From Octopus sinensis (Eukaryota), in contig NC_042998.1 in NCBI RefSeq assembly GCF_006345805.1, positions 18,848,001 through 18,912,000 of the forward strand: a stretch of 64,000 bases of DNA, in the 5' to 3' direction. The first letter of the stretch is position 1. Each line of letters opens with the position of its first letter. The translations under genes and the position numbers were made by a program. This document shows positions 53,049-64,000 of this stretch, in pieces. The notes beneath the pieces were generated by a model. The model did no database searches, was not told the origin of the DNA, and was given only the letters and a program-made list of their open reading frames with translations.

Positions 53049-54464
53049 ATGCGTGTATGCTTACATATATACATATATGCACACCTATGGATATATTTGC
53101 ACTGATACACACATTCACACGTTTCCATGCGAACATAATGTAATAGTCCGTATCCATGGAGAAATTCAAAATGCTTGAAGTTCACGTACATTTCGAGTTA
53201 GGTATGATCGAATTTACACAGAAACACACTCACACGCGCGCACACACACACATGCACAAAATCACATAAAAAACACATAAACACACAGTAAAAACACATA
53301 GATACAAACACAATATCTATACACACATAGACATAGACAAAACACATAGACACACATATACAGAACACACAGCCACACACACACAGCACATAGATACATG
53401 CAGCATATTGACACGCACACATATAACATATAGATCCACACAAACCACGCATAGACACACTCACATACAACACATAGACTCACACAGAGCACGTAGGCAC
53501 ACACACACAACACATATACACATGCACACACAATACACACACACAACACATAGACACACACACACCGCATAGATACACACGCGCGCGCACATACACACAC
53601 AGATATTTACGTGTGTGCGAATACCACCAACAACATGTTTGTGCGTTTCCATGTAAGTGCGACGTAATATGGCGTACACACTTGTGTGTTTGTTCCTAGT
53701 ATAGTCAGCGCCAATAAAACGATGGTTATTATGTGTGCGTTTGAAGTATTTAATTGTCTTGCTTAATGCATATTCAACACGTTACATATGGGATTTTATT
53801 GTGTTTTGGATGAGCACATGGGATGCCTCGCATCCAATTAAATTCAAAGAAGCTACGTAAGACGCACCATTTGGTTGAGAAAGATGTCTATGGCAATGAT
53901 TTAATAATAAATGCATTAAACAATTAACAATATGTCTGTTAATCCCCAAAGAATCATACTTCGTACTTGATATTATTTCAATGAGTTTTTTAAAAATTTT
54001 TACATAATGTTCCGTCCATTGTAATCACCAACTATTTTTGGTTATTATTTAATAAATTACTGATTTACTTTAATACTGAAAATGCTTTTCGCCATATAGC
54101 AATAATGTGAATAACATAAGAGGCTTTCAGAAACATATGGTGTAAATAGACCGGTAACGGTATTAATACAGGCAGACCAGCCAAGCGTCGAGTCTATCCC
54201 CGACTTCATATACCTACCAGATCGCACAAAGCCTGACGTGGCTTTTAAGGGCAGATAACCCCAAAAATTTCTGTCCAAAACATAGACAGTAATGTGCTCA
54301 TCACGCCGTTTTTGCCAACAATACAACCACAAAAAAAGCAACAGCAGGTGACAACTACAGCTGCAAATGCAACAGTAACAATAGTAACAGAGACTTCAAT
54401 CACAACAGCATCGACAGCAGTGTCAGCAACAACTCGAAGAACAACAGTGGACGCATTGGATCAT

Positions 54465-55050
54465 TCAGGTCGTATTTAGACAGAGTAATCTGTAAGGCCA
54501 GTAGATAAAGATAGTATAAGTTGTCTACTTTACAAAATTGTCGGGTACACAGATCACTAAATTGTTATCTGTACGATCACCTCCATAGGCGCACAAGAGA
54601 GGGATCCGGATACTGGAAGCTGAACATGTCATTCCTTAAGTGCCAAGCTTACAGAGACTGGACGAGAGAATAAGTTAAGTGGGCGCTAACGGGGGTAATC
54701 ATCAACAAAAATGGTGGATTTCCTTGAAAAGAGTAATTAGAGTAGAATCAGTTATGTCTAGTAAGATATTAGTGATTGAAATAAAATAAAAGGGAACCTA
54801 GGAACTTGGAAGAAGCGCTTAAGAAAGGTATTGTCAACTGCTGACCGCGAGATTGGCCCTGGAAAATTTCTTCAGATCTAAAGACGAAGGATTTATTGTC
54901 AGAGCTAAAGTACGTGCTCGAAGACAAGAAGGAACAAAAGCGGTTCGATGGACGCAACGCGGAAACAATTCCACAATCAGCTCTTTGATGGGCCAAAATG
55001 GGCGCATCTTACCCGACCCCGAACAGATGTGTGCAGCATTTCAGCAGCAC
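54465..55050 (+). mobile_element. Decayed Tx1-like LINE fragment (end of endonuclease and linker)
   Basis: YLDRV...YTDH...GYWKLN and EGFIVRAKVRA...GNNSTISSL, homologous to 45400-46020 of the large element. Confidence 0.75.
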
Positions 55051-55189
55051 TTCATCTAATACTGATAGGGCACAGAAAGTGTATCAATAGCCAGCTGGAG
55101 GAGGTGTCCTCCTGGTGCTACAAACTACAGTAGCATCCACCCTTAGGGGTTAACCATATTTAAATAGAAAATATACTTCACCTAATTAT

Positions 55190-56975
55190 TTTAGATGAAT
55201 GACAGTCCATCTTTTTCAATTATTATTCCATAGTGTTGCCATAGCTTGCAGTGTCTATAGGTCCCAACTCTGTCGTGTCTGGGAATATATTTCTTCTTAT
55301 CAAGAACTGGGCAACCAAAGACGTTGTTTATTCACTATCACCATATATTTTACAGTTACTTGTATTTCTCTTCATTACATATTTTTGGTAATTTCTGATG
55401 AGAAGGCTTTGATCTTGTGCTGCAATTAAAAATCCTTCAGTCTCTGCTTTAAGACCTGAGCTTCTCAGCCATTTTTAGGATCTAGCATTGTCCATTTCTT
55501 TTCTGTTTAGCTTAACCCAATATTTGCTATGAAGTGGCTTTTCTCGTCATCGTTTTAACATGATACGTTGTTATTCCAGTTTTAACTTCCAAGTCAGTTG
55601 CTTTACAGTTTTTGTTTTCTTCCTTTTGTTCATAGTTGTAAGGTAGTATGACTGCTATTTTTGTATTTGTCAGCTTCCGTAAAGACGGAAAACAGTTTTT
55701 AGTTTTGTTCGTGTTTTGTGGCTATTTGTATTAGTTGTCCTTGTTTCTGAAGGAGGTATTTTGTAGTCGTACGGTGATTACTTTTGTAATAGTTTTCTAG
55801 CTGTATAGGACGGTGCACTCTAAATCCTGTCATTACTTTTCTTGTTTTCCTGCCTATTTCGATTAGTTTATTTAGAGTCCAGTTAAGAATATCGTAGCTG
55901 TAACTTATAACTGGGACGGCTAGAGTGCTGATACATATTATCTTCTTTTTTTTGGCATTGAGTTCTGTTTCAATATTAAGCTGACTTGTCTATAGTATTC
56001 ATTTTTTACCTTCTCTTTCATTTGTGTGTCGTATCGTATCTGGTTCATTGATTTCTAATTATTTGTATGTCTGGCTTTGGTCTAATTCTCCTATTTCATT
56101 TGCTTTATCTAGTATGATGTTGTTACTCTTAACTAGTTTTCCTCTTTTCCGGGTTTCTTTGGCACATTTTCCTCAGCTGGATTTCATGATTATTTCTTTG
56201 ATAAATCCATGTGATGTCTGTAGTAATATTTCCAGCTATTTATCATTTGTAGCACATAGTTTTAGATCATCTATATACAAGTAATGGTTGATTATTTTGA
56301 CGTAACAGTTGTATCCACTTTCAGTTGTGTTTAGCATGTCAGATAAAGGTGATAGTGTCAAGTAGAAAAGGAACGGAGAGAGCATGTCTGCCATTTATTC
56401 ATGGAATGTTTTGTATATTTTATGATCATTGGTGCTACTTTGTTCATGGCTAGTGTTTCTCGGATCCATGTGTGGGGACTACTATCAAAAGCCTTTCGGT
56501 AATCTATCCAGGTCATATTTAGACCCTTTTATCTGAAGCTGTCTTCAGTTACGGTTTTATTGATCAGTAGCTGTGATTTAGAGCTGTATGAGTCCTTGCA
56601 GCATCCCTTCTGCTCTTCGTACGTTTTCCCATTCTCTGCGATATTATTGCTGCAGAGACTATAAATTGTAGTGAGACAGCTTATCGGGCTGTAATTTTGT
56701 GGGTTTGCCGTTTCAGTGGAGTTGGAAATTAGGATGGTTTTCCCCTCTGCGAACCATTCTGGCATAGTCTCTCGCTCTGCAGATATTTCATTAAATTTCT
56801 CAGCCAGCCTTATATTTGTTCCTGTTGTGTATTTTAACCAGAAGTTGGGAATCTTTACGTACCCGGGTGCCTTCCAGTTGTTTAGATTTTGTAGTTCCTG
56901 GGCGACCTCTTCAGTTGTTATAGCGGTCCATAGTTGTTCGTATATTGTATTATTTTCCCTATGTTAGATAATTTT
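55190..56975 (-). mobile_element. R4/Dong-like retrotransposon remnant (RT to CCHC region)
   Basis: PEWFAEGKTILI, YSPISCLTTIY, WIDYRKAFDS, HYLYIDDLKL, WLRSSGLKAETEGFLIAAQDQSL, RHDRVG. Confidence 0.85.
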
Positions 56976-58028
56976 ATTATCAGGGTGGTCAATCGTCGGA
57001 CAAAATGTTTGGCAGGACTTCTTCCGCTCTGAGTTCAAATGCCACCATGTTTAACTTTGCCATTCATCCTTTCGGAGACAATGAGAATAAGCAGCAGTCT
57101 AGTACTGGGGCTAATGATATCGACTTACTGATGTTCTTAAGTCAACATTTGGATGTATTATTAGTTTGGACAAACCAAAAGTCAAGTACCCGGGACGTCA
57201 ATAGTAAGTTTAGAAACGAACATTGTAAAATATCCTACAGCCTTGAGTAATTTACTTTAGGAATAAATTTTTGCTTTAGATCTGACGACTTTCAGAACGT
57301 GAAATAAGCATATGTTCACGAAATTTAACACAGTTTACTTTGTAGTAGAATATACGTTAACATATTTATTACTGTGAAAGTGCCGATCATAAAGTCTAAA
57401 CTATGAAGTGAGTATCATTCATTGTCATTTACAACAATGTAAATGCAACCATCTTATTTAATTTAGCACTCTTAACTAGATCACATTCAATCCTTTCTTC
57501 AATTGTATAATATGACAAAGAAATGAAGGGAGAATATTTATTACTATAATATTATTGAGCTTAGAAAAATAAAACAATATATTTTAAAAAGTTTAAAAGA
57601 ATCGATAATATCTTACTTAAAAATGTGTGAATAATATTTTGTAAGATCATAAAATAAATAGCATTTTTGGGGGTTTTTCTTTTTTTTTTATTAGTCTTCC
57701 ATATCATGAAAGACTTATTATCAACGGAAATACACACCTGAAATTGCAGCTATTACAACCGAGAACAAGTCAAAGCTATTGGTATGAATGTTGTCGGATT
57801 TTGAGCAGTGTATTTAAACTTCCATTAAATAAATGTCTTTCAAAAATATTACGGTGTTAGTTACCAATATTGGTGTCTAAAAGTGAGAAGCTAATAAAAG
57901 CATAAAAATTAATTAGAAAGACATGATAAATAAATTTATCGCAATAATTTTGCATAGGAGATATCTCCCTTTGACAGATTTACTTTTTTAATGCCTAACT
58001 GCTTACTGTAGTCTCTTACGCCAATTTC

Positions 58029-58104
<76 letters not shown>

Positions 58105-58586
58105 ACAAGAAATTTGAAAAGCTACACGCGAAACCGGTAATTTCTTTAAAAATTTTTAAAATTATGTCATTTTAAGGAAAGGAAAAAAAATTTTTCCAAT
58201 ATTCTCCAGACATTTTTACACAAATATATATATTTTTTAACATTTAAGCCTTCTGTCGTTTTTTCACACTTTACTATTTTCTTATATATATATATATATG
58301 AGGTAACGAGTTAAATCGAACGATTTATAAGACGTTACAAGATTCCAACGGTGAGTCAGTGTATTTGTCATGCTGAAAGAAACAAATGGACGTATATGAT
58401 ATTGTAGCTTCAATACATTGAAAAATTCATTAATTAAGAATCGATTGTTCCTTATACAATATACATCAGCGAAAGACACAGGTTTACGCGTACCCAAAAG
58501 GTGCGCGTCTATGTATGTATCCACCGAAATATCTATCTATTAATATGTATATATATGTAAACACACACACACAAATACTTGTATGG

Positions 58587-58619
<33 letters not shown>

Positions 58620-58918
58620 GCCAATCTCTGTAATATGCTTCGATAAAATGTGCCTTAAGGATCTGTTACTATGTTTTAGGATCTCATTGCTCATGCAATA
58701 CCTCTTATATTGCTGGAAATATCCACACTAGTGAAACGTGCAAGAGTATACTTTTGTTTCTCACACATATGCATATATACATACATACATACATACATAC
58801 ATACATACACACATATACATGTATACATACACACACACGAAGTAAATAAGAAAAAAGTTTTCCCATCTTTACGTTTCTGAAAACAAAAGAGCAATCCAAA
58901 TTATAGATTGATCATATA

Positions 58919-59321
58919 TCTATATATATATAAAAGTGAGGTTGTGTGCTGTCTGTCTCCTACGATTTAGATTCCTAACTACTCCCACATTTTGCGGTGC
59001 AGTTTAACCAAAACCGGGTATCTTATAGTCGTGATTCATATCGAGTTCTTCTGGGTATTAGCGAGCGTCTACGATGAGTCTACGATTTAAAAAAAAAATT
59101 ACCATCAATTTTTCCGATTTTTAATGCACTTTTGGCATATATAAGGGAAGTAACTCTCTAAAAATTTATTATTAAATCTCAGAACGTAAAAAGCTACAGT
59201 AACACCCCACCCCCTCTTTGTGGTTAGCCATATTGAGATGGCTATTATACTTTACATCTCTAAAAATGCTTATATAGATATTTCCCTTACAAACCCGAGC
59301 AACGCCGGGCGATCCTGCTAG
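58919..59321 (+). mobile_element. Non-autonomous Helitron
   Basis: 5' TCTATATATATATAAAA. 3' GC-rich hairpin CCCGAGCAACGCCGGG followed by CTAG. Inserted between A and T, with no TSD. Confidence 0.85.
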
Positions 59322-60097
59322 TATTATATAATAAAAGAATATAATATATTATATAGAAGATATATTATACAATTATAGAATCATGATACTTTATATTATT
59401 TGCAAACTGCCAGATTAAATATGGTTGCAAAGATATCAGTTTATTTCTAATTTAGATACAAAAAGGAAGTGGTGTATATTTGCTTTGTTTTCAAATTGTT
59501 TGCTATAAAATTTCAGAAGGTATATATACATATGGGGTCATGAAGAAATCAATTCAATATTATGATTTGTTTTATCATTTGATTTGGTGTTGACAGCCTT
59601 TCGAAGTTGACTCATTTACATGAGTACAAACATTTATATAAGAGATGCAATTCAATGATATGAGGCATATTTCCAAATTTCAACATAACATCAGATGCAT
59701 AGTAAAAGCGTAAAGCTGAAGGAAATGAGGTTTGTGTTGTCTAGCGAAAATAAAGAAGTCAAAAACTAGAACAGCTAACAAATCAAATAAAGTAATTATG
59801 AAAGCAAACGAAACAAATGATCTGATATGAAAAGATTTATATCTGTTAAAATCATTTATTGCCAAAATGCAGTAATAAAAGCTAAGAGAAAATGTCAATA
59901 CCGCAATAAATTCTATGCAAAATAAGGCCAAATTCAGCATCAAGTCTGTAATAGGTGTTGTGTTTGATATGTCAGAATAAAACTAATCATTCGTTAAGTG
60001 TGCACCACTTCCAAGCTACCACGAAAGATATATACTGTGGTGAATATATACATCTATCTTTGCAGGGTAGTCTTCAAATTATTTTCAGATCATTAAA

Positions 60098-60320
60098 ATG
60101 GAATGTCAAGTTAAGGAAAACGGGCATTTTCGACACCTCCTTCGTTTTGCTTTTAATTAAGGTTCTAAGGCTGCAAAAGCTGCTCACCAAATTTGTGCTG
60201 TGTATGGAGAGCGTGCCGTTGCTTCTGATTGGTATGACAAGTTCAAAAATAGAAATTTTGACCTCAAAGACGCACCTACTTAAGCCCGTCCAGCTGAGTT
60301 CAATGACGAGCGACCGATAT
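60098..60320 (+). pseudogene. Mariner transposase N-terminal fragment
   Basis: MECQVKENGHFRHLLRFAFN*GSKAAKAAHQICAVYGE...WYDKFKNRNFDLKDAP..RP. Confidence 0.8.
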
Positions 60321-61044
60321 TGATCTCCAACATAATGTGAAAGTGACACCGACGTTACTCTCAGATCTCAATATAACAGAGCTGCCCATGTAAAAACCTA
60401 AGGTACCCACATACATGCAGCTTATGAGAAGCACCCAAAATCTATCCAATCTGAACTTCTATAAAGCAAAATTCAAATCGATTGACAAAGAGCCTCGATG
60501 TCTCTTTACACCTGACGTCAGCATGAAACTCAACGAATTCATGTCTGCAAGGTAAGCCATATGTTAAAAGTTGGTCCCAGAGAGAAAGGCCACTGTACGG
60601 AAGAAATGAATTCCCAGTTATGGGTAAGTTGAACCAGTGTACAAAGATTGCAAACCGCCTAAACGTACCGCCTGGGAACAAAACCTAGAGAGATTGAGAA
60701 AAATCTGAGATGCTCGCACAGAAATGAAAGAGTAGACAAAGAAGCTTTAGCCTTTTTTAAGTATACCAAAGAAACTGTCTTCGTGTGTTGCAGTTAGGGA
60801 CACCCTACCAAAAGGTTGGATCTATCACTAGAAACCTAATGAGGATAACATGACCACTGATTGAATAGTTCTAAGTGTTTTCACGCAAATATTACGCACA
60901 TGCAAGTCAGTAAACCTATACAGTCCTTAACTAATGTAGAATTAAAATTGAGTCAAACAATTCATAATATCGATAACAAAGAAGAAGATTAAATGCTGAC
61001 CATAGATGAGATAGACAAAAACTCAACTGCTCAACGATTCAAAC

Positions 61045-61285
61045 GTGGAGGCGCGTGGATTAGTGGTTAGCGTGTTGGACTCATGATCATAAGATTATAG
61101 TTTCGATTCCTGGACCGGGCAAGGCGTTGTGCCCTTGAGGAAAACACTTCATTTCACGTTGCTCCAGTCTAGTCAGCTGGTAAAAATGAGTAATCATGCG
61201 ATGGACAGGCGTCCCATCCAGGCGGGGAATTCACACACCATGAAACCGGAAAACCGGCCCTGATGAGTCCACATGACTCGAGAAT
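61045..61285 (+). mobile_element. tRNA-derived SINE family D
   Basis: tRNA-like head, core CCTTGAGGAAAACACTT...GCTCCAGTC, then GCGATGGACAGGCGTCCCATCCAGG, which from memory resembles a conserved SINE central domain (unverified). Confidence 0.8.
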
Positions 61286-61520
61286 GTAACAATACATTTA
61301 TCAACAACTCAAATGTAGATGTAATAAGACTCGTCTTTGAAAAATTCGACCATAGTATGATATTTCCAAAGTCTGACTAAGATGGTGTGATGCTAGAGCT
61401 CTAAAAACGTGCATGCGTTAATTTCAACCATTTCTGATTACTGAATGATTTCTGTTAGGCTAAAGTGACATCTTACTTTTCAAAGATTTCAAAAATACCT
61501 AGTAGTGACTTCTCTTGAAA

Positions 61521-62585
61521 ATGGACAAAATGTAACATTGTTATGTTAAAGAGCAGCTGTAGAGATACGGTTTAGCCCGAAGAGACTTTCATGCTGACAT
61601 AACTGATAACATTAAGAGATGATACATCAAGAATACAAAAGTGGGCAGCTGAATTTAGGAGGGGAAGAACGTCCTGCAAGTGTCACTACCTAGGAAACCA
61701 TTGATCGTCTCCTCCATATAGCGATAGATGATGGGATTTACTGTAAAATCAATAGCCAATAATGTTAGCATATAATGTGAGTTGAAAATATTCTGCACAA
61801 TGAACTTGACATGACAAAGGTGTCTGCTCGATGGTTGCCACGTCTTCTGACACTTAATCAAAAGTACACCAGGCTGATCATCACACGGGGAAATCTGACA
61901 TTATTTGCGACAGATACAAGTAGTTTCCTTGAAAGTTTCCCCATCGCAGATGAGTGTTGGCTTCATCATTTCGTGCCAGGGCTAAGGAAGCAACCCATGC
62001 AAGCGGAAGAACCCCTCGTTCCATGCTGCAAATAAGGCCAAAGTTATTTCATTTGCAGGGAAAGTGATGGTCTCACTGTTTGGAGTGATGCAAAAGGCAT
62101 TGTGTTTGCTGAGCATCTTGAAAAGAGCTACACTATCAGTAGAGAGGACTGTGTCAATTGATGAGGCAATTACAAATGTCTCTCAAAATGAAACGCCACG
62201 GAAAACTGTCGAAAGGTATCTTGTTTCATCAGGACAATGTTCCAGCGCACAAATCCTTGTTTTTAATGACAGCTGTCTGTGACTGTGACTTTGAACAGGT
62301 TGATCATCAGCCCTCTTTTCTTGGTTTGACCCCATTTGACTATGATCTGTTTATCAACATGTTAAACACGTAGGAATCGGGATCGCAATGATGATAACGT
62401 CGTATCTGCTGTTCAACTTTACCAAGAGGATGAAAACTTCTTCACCAATGAGACCCAAGCGCTGCAACAACACCGACGGAAAAGTGTGAGTACCGCGAAG
62501 GGGACTATGTTGAAAAATAATCACCATTTGGTCACATTTCTCGTCTGTATCTTGGTCAGACTAAGCATCTTTCAGCTGCCCCTCG
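61521..62585 (+). mobile_element. Decayed mariner (probably irritans-like) transposon with 3' TIR
   Basis: KVSARWLPRLLT, ADECWLHH and ILFHQDNVPAH motifs. Ends TTTCAGCTGCCCCTCG-TA. Confidence 0.88.
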
Positions 62586-63559
62586 TAGACTGATTGACAT
62601 ATATAGATTCATAAATACATACATATTTGCATACATCTAGCTTCACATCTACTTACACTTTTATGTATGTACTTGAAGATGAAATTATTTCTTACTGTAT
62701 CTATGTGGACTTTCATATTTTGTTTTTATTAGATACCATTTCTTCCTTGTCCTTTTCCACTTGATATTTATGCAGAACACACATTGCATTATTGTCAGTT
62801 TACGAGGTAAGTAATATGAATACATTGTTCAGTGCTCACGTTTTATGTCCTGGATATACGCTACTTAAATTGATTTCGCAAGATTATTATGTTTTTATTG
62901 TATTTACTTCCTAACTGTAGAGACTTATTGTACATAGACAACGTGGAGACATATATATATCAGTGCTTAGGACGACACTTAAAAAACTCAGCTAATAGTT
63001 TCCTTACTGGGACGCAAGTACTTTAGAAACCTATAAAGCATTAACACAGACTAATGTAACAATGTGACCTGCTCTACTTGAGGATAATATTTCATAATAA
63101 TATGATAGACACAAAACCTAAGAGTGATCATATAAACTTTCAAAAATGAATTGAAACTAAAGTATTTAAAATATAATATTGATAATAGTTTAAGCTGTTT
63201 TAGTATTTTCTTTTCTTATAATAGGATTATAATGTTTACAATATTGAGCGTCAGTTATTTTTATTTAAGATTATTTAAATAAATTAAAGACGAAAATTCT
63301 GCTTATGTCAATTATCGTACGCGTCATGTCAAGTTTTTAAGCACTTAGCTCAGCAATTGTTTGTGACAGACTACCTTCCACCCTCGTCGAAATGATTTTG
63401 TCTCATACGCCACTTTAAATTTTATCTAATATACTGAATCTAGCACTTTTACCCGAAAAAAAAGCATCTCCTCCTCTTTCTCAAAGTCTATGAGTAAGTG
63501 TATTTGTGTGCATGTGTTAGTGAATATGCGAACGCACGTATGTAAGTATGCATATACGT

Positions 63560-63672
<113 letters not shown>

Positions 63673-63696
63673 AATGTGACCTTTCCCAATGTAACC

Positions 63697-63875
63697 TCGT
63701 GTGTACCGTTGGCGATTTTTTTTCCTCTGTCTTCCCTTCTCCTATATTTCCGATGAAGAGCTCCGCTCGAAACGTTAAACCCTCCCTCGTTTCTCCTTTC
63801 CTGAGCGTCGAATATTACTATATTTGTTCCACGACCTCACGTTGTTGTTTTTTTGTGCTTTGTTGTTTGGATTAT
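63697..63875 (+). mobile_element. Second copy of the minimal hammerhead-like repeat
   Basis: CCGATGA-A-GAGC-TCC-GCTC-GAAACGTT at 63750-63776. Flanks align with 46672-46870. Confidence 0.5.
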
Positions 63876-64000
63876 CTCTCTCTCTATATATATATAAATA
63901 TAGTGGTTCGGAAAAGACATCGATATAATAAGTACTAGGCTTACAAAGAATAAATCCTGGGTCGATTTCTTCGACTAAACGCGTTGCTCCAGCAAAGCCG

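Noticed and set aside
61255-61290. CTGATGA-GTC-CACAT-GAC hammerhead-like start
   Set aside because: No GAAA after stem II; it is a SINE tail hairpin.

Overview
AT-rich eukaryotic DNA dominated by microsatellites and mobile elements. The SINE families and repeat load suggest a coleoid cephalopod, probably Octopus; this is recognition from memory, not a database result. No host protein-coding gene could be confidently identified, so the window looks intergenic or intronic. Nearly all ORF-track entries are translations of (AT)n/(CA)n repeats or of decayed transposons. Supported elements include a full-length IR/DR-type Tc1 (11391-13108), several mariner remnants, a hAT MITE with an 8-bp TSD, a non-autonomous Helitron, fold-back MITEs, and LINE remnants of the Tx1/L1, CR1, RTE and R4/Dong types. 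There are also many tRNA-derived SINEs. The most notable feature is a non-coding array of a ~480-488 bp unit at 8365-10196: 2.8 tandem copies plus one inverted, permuted copy. Each copy carries a type I hammerhead ribozyme fold with an intact catalytic core, so it is a candidate retrozyme or viroid-like circular RNA concatemer. Second is a Tx1-type LINE flanked on both sides by (GATA)n, suggesting microsatellite targeting. Many copy differences and frameshifts are single-base indels, so long-read consensus error cannot be excluded.
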